A stretch of DNA of 64,000 nucleotides from Eledone cirrhosa (taxonomy: Eukaryota): positions 287,680,001 to 287,744,000 of the forward strand of contig OZ024743.1 in assembly GCA_964016885.1 (NCBI GenBank), written 5' to 3'. The notes below the pieces were generated by a model. That model saw only the letters and a list, made by a program, of their open reading frames with translations, was not told the DNA's origin and ran no database searches. Position 1 is the first letter of the stretch. Each line of letters starts with the position of its first letter. The position numbers were made by a program, and so were the translations under genes. Shown here one piece after another: positions 28,574-42,459 of the stretch.

Positions 28574-28864
28574 TGTATGTATGTATGTATGTATGTATGT
28601 ATGTATGTATGTATGTATGTATGTATGTATGTATGTGTGTATGTATGTATGTATGTGTATAAGTATGTGATTGTGTGAATGTAAATGTGTGTGAATGCAC
28701 AAGATGCCAACTTCAGGTGACGCCTAATTTCTATTTTTCTTACACAATTTTCACTCCATTTCTATCATAATTTCTATTTCACACACACAGACTCGCGCGC
28801 GTATATGTGTATGTAAGTATGTGTATATGAGTGTGTTTATATATGATAATTATCTACACATATA

Positions 28865-29155
28865 AGGCGCCGATTTGGTAGAGTCGTTAGAACGTTGGAT
28901 ATAGCGCTTTACGGTATTCGTTTTGGCTCTGAGTTCAAATCTCGCCGAGGTCATCTTTGCCTTTCATCTATTCGAGGTCGATACAAAAAGTACCACCCAA
29001 GTACTGGGTTAGATTCTTCCTCTATATCTCTTTTTCGCTTCCTTTTTTTACTCTGTATACTTCTCCGGGATACAACAGGGTAAATAATGCCTTAGAAAAG
29101 CCCCATGTCAATACGGCACCCCTATTACTCTCTCAAGAATTACGAGTCCATACCA
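28865..29155 (+). mobile_element. Meta-like SINE, extended subfamily
   Basis: Homologous to 17028-17340. Confidence 0.75.
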
Positions 29156-29203
29156 TACCACATGTATATAGTTATAGACTCTTTATAATATACATATATA
29201 CAT

Positions 29204-29810
29204 GGTGGCTGCCAACTCGTTTTCGAGTACGGCCACTACTTTATATCCATGTAGGAGAACCCCTACCGATGCGCTGAACGAGTGTGACCTTTTAGTCCAG
29301 CCAGCGACTTGAAAACTCTGGTACAAACACTACACTTGTGACAATTATTGACACATAGTGCTGGGCCCATGGTACCATGTGACGATAAGTGCAGAGAGAT
29401 CTCCAGATATAAAGCAATGCCTGTGCCGTGAAGCTTTTATAGTGAGCAAAGGCACTGCACAAAGCCAGTCCCACTCTCTTAAACAAGATGATATTTACCA
29501 AAAAGAAGAACAAGTCAACATCATTGGATACCATCAGAGTTGCAGGTGTTATATCAGAGTTTCATTCTCCTAGAATTCTGCCTTGACAAAGGCTAAGGGG
29601 TCATCTCTCCCGGTGATTTTGGATGGCCATTGACTCTTAAGAGCTCCTTTGCACTTTGGCAGGTTTTGTTTTTAGTCCTGCAGGATGTCCAAAGTCACCC
29701 TCCTCACCAAGAAAGCTTGGTGGGGTTGCCAGTTTAGCCGCCAACGACCCGACCACGAGACAGGTTGTACTGGGATGCATGTTACCAGTAGCACCAACTG
29801 ATGACCTGAT
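29204..29810 (-). mobile_element. full RTE-derived non-autonomous element
   Basis: Reverse complement of 14181-14780; (CATA)n next to its 5' end. Confidence 0.85.
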
Positions 29811-30367
<557 letters not shown>

Positions 30368-30370
<3 letters not shown>

Positions 30371-30700
30371 CTTTTTTGTATTTAGGTATTTATCAGAGGA
30401 AGGTGGTGAATTGGCAGAGCCGTTAGAGCGTCAGATAGAATGCCTTGCGGTATTCATTTCGGCTCTCTGCGCTCTGAGTTCAAATTCCGCCGAAGTCACC
30501 TTTGCATTTCATCCATTCAAGGTCGATAAAAAGTACCAGTCAAGTACTGGGGTAGATTCTTCCTCTATATCTCTTTCTCACTTCCATTCTCTTACTCTCT
30601 ATCCTTCTCTGAAAGAAATCTGCTGTAGAGGAGATGGCCTCCGTCATGTTTAAAATTCCCATGTCTATTCGTATGTCTATTCGGCGCCCCCACGACTCAA
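30368..30700 (+). mobile_element. Meta-like SINE, extended subfamily, with leader shared with 33874
   Basis: ttccttttttgtatttaggtatttatcagaggaaggtggtgaattggcagag present at both loci. Confidence 0.8.
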
Positions 30701-31501
30701 CATTTATCAGAGGATTTCTGACCCTATAATATCCTAAATTTTTCACTTAGGCAAAACGAACACCTCTTCGTTCCTTTGATAAATATCTAAACACAAAATT
30801 TCAACTATTTAGAGGTTGCACCCCACCCCCATATAAAACCACATAAAACCCAGACACAGAAAACACCAATATCTTACATCCACCTTAGTTCACTAATTCG
30901 ATCTTAAAATTATACACACATCATACTGCAACAAAACACGGTTAAATACCATATAAATAATATAATAATATACACATAAATAACATATATAGCTTTAATA
31001 AAAAATCATATATCACACTCCACTTTAATATGGGTTAAATATAACAACTTATATCAATAATATATACTCACACAGGTACACAAATGCACAACATATTATA
31101 CACAGAAAAAGACAATCACACACAAACACATACACATACATACGCACAATACATACACTTTAGCAATTACAATTATGATTACATTGAAAACTATAAAGTT
31201 ACCGACACATGGATTACTTCTAGCGAATAACAAAAACACCAAATCTATTGTTACATCATGATTACCTCCCTTGCACTTGGCGGGATGCCATGTATGAAAT
31301 AACGTCGGCCTTCTTGGTATTGTCTGAAAGATAAGCAGCAGTGGTAGATTTAGTATCTTTATGATCTATGCTAGAGAAGGCTTTGAAACCTTAGGTAGCA
31401 TTCAACTGTGTTGAGATATTATTTATGATATTAACATACTTTGGGTCTATACTTAACATACAACGCTCTTTTCCCTTTATCCTACGGAAACTCTTGACTA
31501 A

Positions 31502-31598
<97 letters not shown>

Positions 31599-31604
31599 AA
31601 AGAA

Positions 31605-31742
31605 AGAAAGAGTGATAAGAAACCAGGTGGACCATAACGCGCCAGAGTACTCGATACTTTGGGTAGTGAGTAGGTAATAGGAAGAGAGTAACGATCTAGC
31701 TGTTGAAACGGCCAGAGCTCAGCCGTCGGGGTCCTGACTCTT
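31605..31742 (-). mobile_element. family C element with truncated fold-back, (TA)n on both sides
   Basis: accaggtggaccataacgc and gaaacggccagagctcagccgtcggggtcctgactc match 7085-7295. Confidence 0.7.
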
Positions 31743-31760
31743 ATATATATATATATATTT

Positions 31761-31828
31761 ATTAAAATAACAGATTAAAGTTTAAGCAAAGAATCGCTGC
31801 TTTCACCCTTAATGGGATCTTCTGAAAC
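31761..31828 (-). repeat. 68-bp interspersed unit in TA tracts (family G)
   Basis: Reverse complement of 44045-44112 and 59401-59468. Confidence 0.8.
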
Positions 31829-31842
31829 ATATATATATATAT

Positions 31843-32190
31843 GATGGCTGCCCCCTCGTTATCAAGTATGGCCATTGCACGATATACCATTATTAATAAT
31901 AATTATTAATTAATTCTATCGTGCAATGCCAGTGCGTGAAGATATTTTTTAAAGTGAGGAAAGACTGTGCACTGAGCCAATCCCACTCTCTGAGCGACAG
32001 CAGCTATAACCCGAAAAGAAGAAAAGATCAACATCATTGGTAACTACTGAGCCGTAGGTTTTATATCGGAGTTATTCTAGTTTCCTGAGTTGCCTTCTAG
32101 AAGAATGCCTTGACAAAGGCTAGGGGACCTTCACCCCCAGTGGTTTAACCGCACGATCGGGTGTCCAGCCTGACTATTTCTATGTCCCTG
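31843..32190 (-). mobile_element. shorter diverged relative of the RTE-derived non-autonomous element
   Basis: Collinear blocks tggctgcc..ctcgtt, cccactctct, aaaagaagaa..tcaacatcattgg, gccttgacaaaggcta. Confidence 0.65.
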
Positions 32191-32262
32191 CGCATATACA
32201 TACACATGCACCCATAATGCACCCATATATATAGTTATAGACTCTTTATAATATACATATAT

Positions 32263-32362
<100 letters not shown>

Positions 32363-32623
32363 TAGAAAGTGAGGTTTTTTTTACAAAATGAAAAATAACC
32401 GAGGTGTCCAACACGAGTGAAAGTATAAAGAAAAAATGATGAAATCGAAAATGCAACTGGAGTCTTATTTTTAAATCTGTGAGAAAAACTACAGACCCTC
32501 CATCTCAACTCTACTTTTGAAAAGCAGAAGAACTGCGAAACCGGTAAAGGAACCAAATAAATATATATATTTAAAAAAAAATAAAACTCCAGTTGCATTT
32601 TCGATTTCATCTTTTTTTCTTTA
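32363..32623 (+). mobile_element. fold-back element, family F, with minimal hammerhead-like core
   Basis: Inverted arms gatgaaatcgaaaatgcaactggag / ctccagttgcattttcgatttcatc; core TTGAAAA-gcag-aagaa-ctgc-GAAA-ccgg-TA. Confidence 0.7.
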
Positions 32624-32644
32624 TATATATATATATATATATAT

Positions 32645-33000
32645 CGAAAATTAAGATAATCAAAATTATGGGTGTCATGCCAGAAAGACATGCGCCATAT
32701 CACCTGCAAAATAAGCTGCAAAATAAGATTCTAACGAATAGGTCTGAGCATTTTATAATAACTAGAAATTGATTAACATATAAATAAACATGAATAATCA
32801 CAGGTGATAATTTTTACAAGTGTGTAAGCACACATGGCTAGGTAGGTGACTAAATAAAGTTAACCAGAACTTCAAACTTTTGAAGTTCTGGTTAACTTTA
32901 TTTAGTTACCTACCTAGCCATGTGTGCTTACACACTTGTAAAAATTATCTCCTGTGATTATTCATGTTTATTTATATGTTAATCAATTTCTAGTTATTTT
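32645..33000. repeat. asymmetric fold-back with ~119-bp near-perfect arms (32758-32997) in (TA)n
   Basis: Arms reverse-complementary around apex 32877-32878. Confidence 0.9.
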
Positions 33001-33069
33001 ATATATATATATAAAAGCCTTTGTGAGCCACCTTTTTTTTAAGTAAAAAGAAATTCAAACACACACACA

Positions 33070-33112
<43 letters not shown>

Positions 33113-33445
33113 GCACACAAATAAACATACATATCTTTACTTTCTTTACTCAATAGAAAATCTGAATTCTGACACCCCAGCGACTAACTATATTCACTGA
33201 ACCAGAACAATTCTCCCATCTCATTTCTCTTAACCATTATCTTTTACTTATCATAAAATTCTCTAAAAAGGCTGCAGAATGGATTTCCAAATATGGGCGC
33301 GAAAATTTAATGAAAACTTGTTCACGTGACAGCCATAATTTCATTTATAACCAATCAAATTACGCTTATTTTTAAAAAAAGCCTTCGTGAGCCCCTTTTT
33401 TCAAGTAAAAAGAAATTCAAACACTCATATATGAAAAAAACAACC

Positions 33446-33737
33446 TGTGACAACCCCCCCCCTCTTATTTGAAGAACTATTGTAACGCGAACTGGCGCGA
33501 AATTTATTATAATTATTGACCAACCAATCAAATTACTTCTCGAAAAACCTGGCATTTCGGGCCACTTTTTCCATATAAAACAAGTAACATTCAGAGACCA
33601 ACCAGATGTGAGAAAAACCACAGACCCTCCATCTCAACTCTACTCTTGAAAAGCAGAACTGCGAAACCGGTAAAGGAACCAAATAAATATATATATTTAA
33701 AAAAAAAATAAGACTCCAGTTGCATTTTCGATTTCAT

Positions 33738-33742
<5 letters not shown>
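33446..33742 (+). mobile_element. longer family F copy with LTR/pLTR-like layout
   Basis: CCAAT (~33523), TATAAAA (~33574), hammerhead-like core (~33646-33672), AATAAA (33681); 33607-33742 matches 32479-32615. Confidence 0.55.
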
Positions 33743-33821
<79 letters not shown>

Positions 33822-33837
33822 ATATATATATATATAT

Positions 33838-33872
<35 letters not shown>

Positions 33873-33873
33873 G

Positions 33874-34105
33874 TTCCTTTTTTGTATTTAGGTATTTATC
33901 AGAGGAAGGTGGTGAATTGGCAGAGTCGTTAGAACGTCAGATAGAATACTTTGCGGTATTCATTTCGGCCCTCTGCGCCCTGAGTTCAAATTCCGCCGAA
34001 GTCACCTTTGCATTTCATCCATTCAATGTCGATAAAAAGTACCAGTCAAGTACTGGGGTAGATTCTTCCTCTATATCTCTTTCTCACTTCCATTCTCTTA
34101 CTCTC
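33874..34105 (+). mobile_element. Meta-like SINE, near copy of 30368-30598
   Basis: Direct sequence match. Confidence 0.8.
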
Positions 34106-34189
34106 ACATATACATACATATGTACATGTGTATATACATATCTACACACTTTTGGATGGCCCTTGACTCTTATGAGTTTTTCCGCCTTT

Positions 34190-34239
<50 letters not shown>

Positions 34240-34242
<3 letters not shown>

Positions 34243-34339
34243 GGTGTCTCCCCAAAAATGTATACACACTTTCATTACCTGTACAAGCAATATTTATGAG
34301 AATGGCGTTGAAGTGTGTATACATTTTAAGGACACCCTG
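34240..34339. mobile_element. 100-bp Tc1/mariner-type MITE
   Basis: TA|CAGGGTGTC..aaaatgtatacacactt ... aagtgtgtatacatttt..GACACCCTG|TA: ~30-bp TIRs and TA target. Confidence 0.85.
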
Positions 34340-34732
34340 TATATATGAATGTATGTGTACGTTAGCAGTTTATTATCTCGATGGCAATTACTTTGACATT
34401 GAATACCAACCCAAACTTTACTTCAACCGTGTCTAGATTCAGTATTCATCCTTTACTCCGCTCAAATTCCCTCCTCGTGGCCGTTACCAAATAATAAGCC
34501 ACGAGATTTGTCGTTAATGATTTCTTAATCATCGTTTGTGCAACTTGATATGAAATACAAAGCATCTAAATAGCATATATATATATGTGTGCATCACTCT
34601 GTATGTGTGTGTATATATATATGTATATATATATACATGTGTATGTATATATATGTATGTATATATATATGTATGTGTATATATTTATGTTTATATATAT
34701 ATATATATATTTTTTAAAAATATATATATATA

Positions 34733-34843
<111 letters not shown>

Positions 34844-35321
34844 ATGTGTGTGTGTGTGTATGTGTGTTTGTTTGCTCTACTGCGGTTAGGTGTCGTGTGG
34901 CGTAGTGTGGAATGATTTAGTGGTGTATGATGTGGTGGCACTGTGTGTGTGTATGTGGTGTGTTTGTGTGTATGTGGTGTGTGTTTGTGTGGTGTGTGCT
35001 TGTGTGCGTGTGTATGTGGTATGTGCTTGTGTGTGTGTGTGTGTGTGCGTATGTGTGCGTGCGTATGTGTGCATGTATGTGTCTGTCTGTATGTGTGTGT
35101 TTGTGTTTGTATGTATGTGTGTTTGTGAGTCCTTGGCACACTGGTTTTATGGAATTCAAGTCATTCAATAATTATTCTATGATTGTAATAATAACGCTAC
35201 GATTCCATGATTCCATGATTCCATGATTCTGTATAACCATTAAAAACACAAAGTGTACTTATTGCTTCAGTGTGAGTATTTTAACAGCCAGTTATAGCAT
35301 AATTCATTATATTTACTCTCT

Positions 35322-38300
35322 GGTATGATACGGTGTGGTGTGGTGTGGTGTGGTGTAGTGTTGTGTGGTGTGGTGTGGTGTGGTATGGTGTGGTGTGGTG
35401 TGGTGTAGTGTTGTGTTGTGTGGTGTGGTGTGGTGTGGTGTGGTGTGGTGTGGTGTGGTGTGGTGTAGTGTTGTGTGGTGTGGTGTGGTGTGGTGTGGTA
35501 TGGTGTTGTGTGGTGTAGTGTTGTGTTGTGTGGTGTGGTGTGGTGTGGTGTGGTGTGGTGTGGTATGATACGGTGTGGTGTGGTGTGGTGTAGTGTTGTG
35601 TGGTGTGGTGTGGTGTGGTGTGGTGTGGTGTGGTGTGGTGTGGTGTGGTGTGGTGTAGTGTTGTGTGGTGTGGTGTGGTGTGGTGTGGTGTAGTGTTGTG
35701 TGGTGTGGTGTGGTGTGGTGTGGTATGGTGTTGTGTGGTGTAGTGTTGTGTTGTGTGGTGTGGTGTGGTGTGGTGTGGTGTGGTGTGGTGTGGTGTGGTA
35801 TGATACGGTGTGGTGTGGTGTGGTGTGGTATGATACGGTGTGGTGTGGTGTGGTGTAGTGTTGTGTTGTGTGGTGTGGTGTGGTATGGTGTAGTGTTGTG
35901 TGGTGTGGTGTGGTGTGGTGTGGTGTGGTGTAGTGTTGTGTGGTGTGGTGTGGTATGGTGTGGTGTGGTGTTGTGTGGTGTAGTGTTGTGTTGTGTGGTG
36001 TGGTGTGGTGTGGTGTGGTGTGGTGTGGTGTGGTATGATACGGTGTGGTGTGGTGTGGTGTAGTGTTGTCTTGTGTGGTGTGGTGTGGTATGGTGTAGTG
36101 TTGTGTGGTGGTGTGGTGTGGTGTGTGGTGTGGTGTGGTGTTGTGTGGTGTAGTGTTGTGTTGTGTGGTGTGTGTGGTGTGGTGCGGTGTGGTGTGGTGT
36201 GGTGTGGTATGATACGGTGTGGTGTGGTGTAGTGTAGTGTTGTGTTGTGTGGTGTGGTGTGGTATGGGTGTAGTGTTGTGTGGTGTGTGTGGTGTGGTGT
36301 GGTGTAGTGTTTGTGTGGTGTGGTGTGGTATGGTGTGGTGTGGTGTTGTGTGGTGTAGTGTTGTGTGGTGTGGTGTGGTATGGTGTTGTGTGGTGTAGTG
36401 TTGTGTGGTGTTGTGTGGTATGGTGTAGTGTTGTGTTGTGTGGTGTGGTGTGGTGTGGTGTGGTGTGGTGTAGTGTTGTGTGGTGTGGTGTGGTGTGGTG
36501 TTGTGTGGTGTGGTGTGGTGTTGTGTGGTGTTGTGTGGTGTGGTGTGGTGTGTGTGGTGTGGTGTGGTGTGGTGTGGTGTGGTGTGGTGTGGTGTGGTGT
36601 AGTGTTGTGTGGTGTGGTGTGGTGTGGTGTGGTGTGGTGTGGTGTGGTGTGGTGTAGTGTTGTGTGGTGTGGTGTGGTGTGGTGTTGTATGGTGTTGTGT
36701 GGTGTGGTGTGGTATGGTGTTGTGTGGTGTGGTGTGGTGGTGTGGTGTGGTGTGGTGTGGTGTAGTGTTGTGTGGTGTGTGGTGTGGTGTGGTGTGGTGT
36801 GGTGTGGTGTGGTGGGTGTAGTGTTGTGTTGTGTGGTGTGGTGTGGTGTGGTGTGGTGTGGTGTGGTGTGGTGTAGTGTGGTGTTGTGTGGTGTGGTGTG
36901 TGTGGTGTGGTATGGTGTTGTGTGGTGTGGTGTGGTGTGGTGTGGTGTGGTGTAGTGTTGTGTGGTGTGGTGTGGTGTGGTGTGGTGTGGTGTGGTGGTG
37001 TGTGGTGTAGTGTTGTGTGGTGTGGTGTGGTGTGGTGTGGTGTGGTGTTGTGTGGTGTGGTGTGGTGTGGTGTGGTGTGGTGTGGTGTGGTATGGTGTTG
37101 TGTTGTGTGGTGTGGTGTGGTGTAGTGTTGTGTGGTGTGGTGTGGTGTGGTATGATGTTGTGTGGTGTGGTGTGGTGTAGTGTTGTGTTGTGTGGTGTGG
37201 TGTGGTGTGGTATGGTGTTGTGTGGTGTTGTGTGGTGTGGTGTGGTGTAGTGTTGTGTGGTGTGGTGGTGGTGTAGTGTTGTGTGGTGTGGTGTGGTGTG
37301 GTATGGTGTTGTGTGGTGTGGTGTGGTGTGGTATGGTGTTGTGGTGTGGTTTGGTGTAGTGTTGTGTTGTGTGGTGCGGTGTGGTGTGGTATGGTGTTGT
37401 GTGGGTGTGGTGTGGGTAGTGTTGTGTTGTGTGGTGTGGTGTGGTGTGGTGTGGTATGGTGTTGTGTGGTGTTGTGTGGTGTGGTGTGGTGTAGTGTTGT
37501 GTGGTGTGGGTGTGGTATGGTGTTGTGTGGTGTGGTGTGGTGTGGTGTAGTGTGTGTTGTGTGGTGTGGTGTGGTGTGGTGTGGGTGTGGTGTGGTGTAG
37601 TGTTGTGTTGTGTGGTGTTGTGTGGTGTGGTGTGGTGTGGTAGGGTGGTTGTGTGGTGTGGTGTTGTGTTGTGTGGTGTGGTGTGTGTGTGTGGTGTGGT
37701 GTGTGTGGTGTGGTTATGGTGTTGTGTGGTGTGGTGTAGTGTTGTGTGGTGTGGTGTGGTATGGTGTTGTGTGGTGTGGTGTGGTGTGGTGTTGTGTTGT
37801 GTGGTGTGGTGTGGTGTGGGGTAGTGTTGTGTGGTGTGGTGTGGTGTGGTTTGGTGTTGTGTGGTGTGGTGTGGTGTAGTGTTGTGTTGTGTGGTGTGGT
37901 GTGGTGTGGTGTTGTGGTGTGGTATGGTGTTGTGTGGTGTTGTGTGGTGTGGTGTGGTGTAGTGTTGTGTTGTGTGGTGTGGTGTGTGTGGTATGGTGTT
38001 GTGTGGTGTGGTGTGGTGTAGTGTGTGTGGGTGTGGTGTGGGTGTGGTGGGGTATGGTGTTGTGTGGTGTGGTGTGGTGTGGTGTGGTGTGGTGTGGTGT
38101 GGTGTGGTGTGGTGTGGTGTGGTGTGGTGTGGTGTGGGTGGTGTGGTGTGGTGTGGGTGTGGTGTTGTGTGGTGTGGTGTGGTGTGGTGTGGTGTGGTGT
38201 GGTGTGGGTAGTGTTGTGTGGGTGTGGTGTGGTATGGTATGGTGTTGTGTGGTGTGGTGTGGTGTGGTGTGGTATCGTGTTGTGTTGTGTGGTGTGGTGT

Positions 38301-41300
38301 GGTGTGGTGTGGTGTGGTGTGGGTGTGTGTTGTGTGGTGTGGTGTGGTATGGTATGGTGTTGTGTGGTGTGGTGTGGTGTGGTGTTGTGGTTGGTGTGGT
38401 GTGGTGTGGTGTGGTGTGGTGTGGTGGTGTTGTGTGTGTGGTGTCGTATGGTATGGTGTTGGGTGTGGTGTGGTGTGGTGTAGTGTGTGTGGTGTGGTGT
38501 GGTGTTGTGTGGTGTTGTGTGGTGTGGTGTGGTGTAGTGTTGTTTTGTGTGGTGTGGTTGGTGTTGTGTGGTGTGTGTTGTGTGGTGTTGTGTGGTATGG
38601 TGTGTGTTGTGTTGTGTGGTGTGGTGTGGTGTTGTGAGTGTGGTGTGGTGTGGTGTTGTGTGGTATGGTGTAGTGTTGTGTGGTGTGGTGTGGTGTTGTG
38701 TGGTTGGTGTTGTGTTGTGTGGTGTGGTGTGGTGTTGTGTGGTATGGTGTAGTGTTGTGTTGTGTGGTGGGTGTAGTGTGATGTGGTGTGGTGTGGTGTT
38801 GTGTTGTGTGGTATGGTGTAGTGTAGTGTAGTGTGGTGTGGTGTGGTGTGGTGTGGTGTGGTGTTGTGTGGTGTGGTGTGGTGTTGTGTGGTATGGTGTA
38901 GTGTTGTGTGGTGTGGTGTGGAGTCGTGTGTGTGGTGTGGTGTGGTGTCGTGTTGTGTGGTATGGTGTAGTGTAGTGTTGTGTGGTGTGGTGTTGTGTGG
39001 TGTGGTGTTGTGTGGTGTGGTGTTGTGTGGTATGGTGTCGTATGGTGTAGTGTTGTGTCGTGTGGTGTGGTGTTGTGTGGTGTAGTGTTGTGTGGTGTGG
39101 TGTGGTGTAGTGTTGTGTGGTATGGTGTAGTGTTGTGTTGTGTGGTGTGGTGTTGTGTGGTGTGGTGTTGTGTGGTGTGGTGTTGTGTGGTATGGTGTTG
39201 TGTGGTGTGGTGTTGTGTGGTCTGGTGTGGTATGGTGTGGTGTTGTGTTGTGTGGAGTGGTATTGTGTGGTGTGGTGTGGTGTGGTATGGTGTGGTGTGA
39301 TGTAATATAGTGTTGCTTGGTACGGTGTGGCGTTGTGTGGTGTGGTGTAGTGTAGTGTGATGTGGTGTGGTGTGGTGTTGTGTGGTGTGGTGTGGTGTGG
39401 TGTAGTGTGATGTGGTGTGGTGTGGTGTTGTGTGGTGTGGTGTGGTGTGGTGTAGTGTGATGTGGTGTGGGTGTGGTGTTATGTGGTGTGGTGTGGTGTG
39501 GTGTGGTGTAGTGTGATGTGGTGTGGTGTGGTGTGGTGTGGTGTGGTGTGGTGTGATGTGGTGTGGTGTTGTGTGGTGTGGTGTTGTGTGGTATGGTGTG
39601 GTATGGTGTGGTGTTGTGTGGTGTGGTGTGGTGTGGTGTGGTGTAGTGTGATGTGGTGTGGTGTGGTGTTGTGTGGTATGGTGTGGTATGGTGTGGTGTT
39701 GTGTGGTGTGGTGTGGTGTGGTGTGGTGTGGTGTTGTGTGGTGTGGTATGGTGTGGTGTTGTGTGGTGTGGTGTGGTGTGGTGTTGTGTGGTGTTGTGTT
39801 GTGTGGTATGGTATCGTATGGTGTGGTATGGTGTGGTGTGGCGTTGTGTGGTGTGGTGTGTGGTGTTGTGTGGTGTGGTGTGGTGTGGTGTGGTGTTGTG
39901 TGGTGTAGTGTGGTGTGGTGTAGTGTTGTGTGGTGTGGTATGGTGTGGTGTTGTGTGGTGTGGTGTTGTGTGGTATGGTGTCGTATGGTGTGGTATGGTG
40001 TGGTGTGGTATTGTGTGGTGTGGTGTGGTGTGGTGTTGTGTGGTGTGGTATGGTGTGGTGTTGTGTGGTGTGGTGTTGTGTGGTATGGTGTCGTTTGGTG
40101 TGGTATGGTGTGGTGTGGTATTGTGTGGTGTGGTGTGGTGTGGTGTGGTGTTGTGTGGTGTGGTGTGGTGTGGTGTGGTGTTGTGTGGTGTGGTATGGTG
40201 TGGTGTGGTATGGTGTGTTGTGGTATTGTGTGGTGTGGTGTGGTGTGGTGTGGTATGGTGTGGTATGGTGTGGTGTGGTGTGTGTGGTGTGGTGTGGTGT
40301 AGTGTGATGTGGTGTGGTGTGGTGTTGTGTGGTATGGTGTGGTATGGTGTGGTGTTGTGTGGTGTGGTGTTGTGTGGTGTGGTATGGTGTGGTGTTGAGT
40401 GGTGTGGTGTGGTGTTGTGTGGTGTGTTGTTGTGTGTATGGTATCGTATGGTGTGGTATGGTGTGGTGTGGTGTTGTGTGGTGTGGTGTGGTGTGGTGTG
40501 GTGTTGTGTGGTGTGGTGTGGTGTGGTGTGGTGTGGTGTGGTGTTGTGTGGTGTAGTGTGGTGTGGTGTGGTGTTGTGTGGTGTGGTATGGTGTGGTGTT
40601 GTGTGGTGTTGTGTGGTATGGTGTCGTATGGTGAGGTATGGTGTGGTGTGGTATTGTGTGGTGTGGTGTGGTGTGGTGTGGTGTTGTGTGGTGTGGTATG
40701 GTGTGGTGTTGTGTGGTGTGGTGTTGTGTGGTATGGTGTCGTATGGTGTGGTATGGTGTGGTGTGGTATTGTGTGGGTGTGGTGTGGTGTGGTGTGGTGT
40801 GGTGTTGTGTGGTGTGGTGTGGTGTGGTGTTGTGTGGTGTGGTATGGTGTGGTGTGGTATGGTGTGGTATTGTGTGGTGTGGTGTGGTGTGGTGTTGTGT
40901 GGTGTGGTATGGTGTGGTGTTGTGTGGTGTGGTGTTGTCTGGTATGGTGTCGTATGGTGTGGTATGGTGTGGTATGGTGTCGTATGGTGTGGTGTGGTGT
41001 GGTGTGGTGTTGTGTGGTGTGGTGTGGTGTGGTGTGGTGTTGTGTGGTGTGGTGTGGTGTTGTGTGGTGTGGTATGGTGTGGTGTTGTGTGGTGTGGTGT
41101 TGTGTGGTATGGTGTCGTATGGTGTGGTGTGGTGTTGTGTGGTGTGGTGTGGTGTGGTGTTGTGTGGTGTGGTATGGTGTGGTATGGTGTTGTGTGGTGT
41201 GGTGTGGTATGGTGTGGTGTTGTGTGGTGTGGTGTTGTGTGGTGTGGTGTGGTATGGTGTGGTATGGTGTGGTGTGGTATGGTGTGGTGTTGTGTGGTGT

Positions 41301-42228
41301 GGTATGGTGTGGTGTTGTGTGGTGTGGTATGGTGTGGTGTTGTGTGGTGTGGTGTTGTGTGGTATGGTGTCGTAGTGGTGTGGTATGGTGTGGTATGGTG
41401 TTGTGTGGTGTTGTGTGGTGTGGTGTGGTGTGGTGTTGTGTGGTGTCGTATGGTGTGGTATGGTGTTGTGTTGTGTGGTGTGGTGTTGTGTGGTGTGGTG
41501 TGGTGTGGTGTGGTGTTGTGTGGTGTTGTGTGGTGTGGTATGGTGTGGTGTTGTGTGGTGTGGTGTTGTGTGGTATGGTGCCGTATGGTGTTGTGTGGTG
41601 TGGTGTGGTGTGGTGTGGTGTTGTGTGGTGTGGTGTGGTGTGGTGTGGTGTTGTGTGGTGTTGTGTGGTGTGGTATGGTGTGGTGTTGTGTGGTGTGGTA
41701 TGGTGTGGTGTTGTGTGGTGTGGTGTTGTGTGGTATGGTGCCGTATGGTGTTGTGTGGTGTTGTGTGGTGTGGTGTGGTGTGGTGTCGTATGGTGTCGTA
41801 TGGTGTGGTATGGTGTGGTATGGTGTGGTGTTGTGTGGTGTGGTGTTGTGTGGTGTGGTGTGGTATGGTGTGGTATGGTGTGGTGTTGTGTGGTGTGGTG
41901 TTGTGTGGTGTGGTATGGTGTGGTGTTGTGTGGTGTGGTGTTGTGTGGTGTTGTGTGGTATGGTGTCGTATGGTGTCGTATGGTGTGGTATGGTGTGGTA
42001 TGGTGTGGTGTTGTGTGGTGTGGTGTTGTGTGGTGTGGTGTGGTGTGGTGTGGTGTTGTGTGGTGTTGTGTGGTGTGGTATGGTGTGGTGTTGTGTGGTG
42101 TGGTGTTGTGTGGTATGGTGCCGTATGGTGTTGTGTGGTGTTGTGTGGTGTGGTGTGGTGTGGTGTTGTGTGGTGTCGTATGGTGTGGTATGGTGTGGTA
42201 TGGTGTGGTGTTGTGTGGTGTGTTGTGA
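35322..42228 (+). repeat. (TGTGG)n pentamer satellite, ~6.9 kb
   Basis: Variants TGTTG, TATGG, TGTAG, TGTCG, TGTGA. Confidence 0.98.
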
Positions 42229-42239
42229 TTGATAGTTTC

Positions 42240-42435
42240 TGATTTAGGCAGAAGGACAACAATTTTTGGGGAAAAGGAAAAGTCGTTTAAATCGACTCCA
42301 CTGCATCACTAATACTTTATTTTATCGACCCCATTAGGATGAAAGGCAAAGCTAACCTCGGGGTAATTTAAACACAGAACGTAAAGGGCCGCTAAGCAGG
42401 GTGTCCGACGCTCTACCGATTCTGCCAGTCCACTG
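42240..42435 (-). mobile_element. Meta-like SINE (duplicate at 57572-57767)
   Basis: tactttattttatcgaccccattaggatgaaaggcaaag. Confidence 0.8.
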
Positions 42436-42459
42436 CCCTGAGATACACTCTAATGAATT

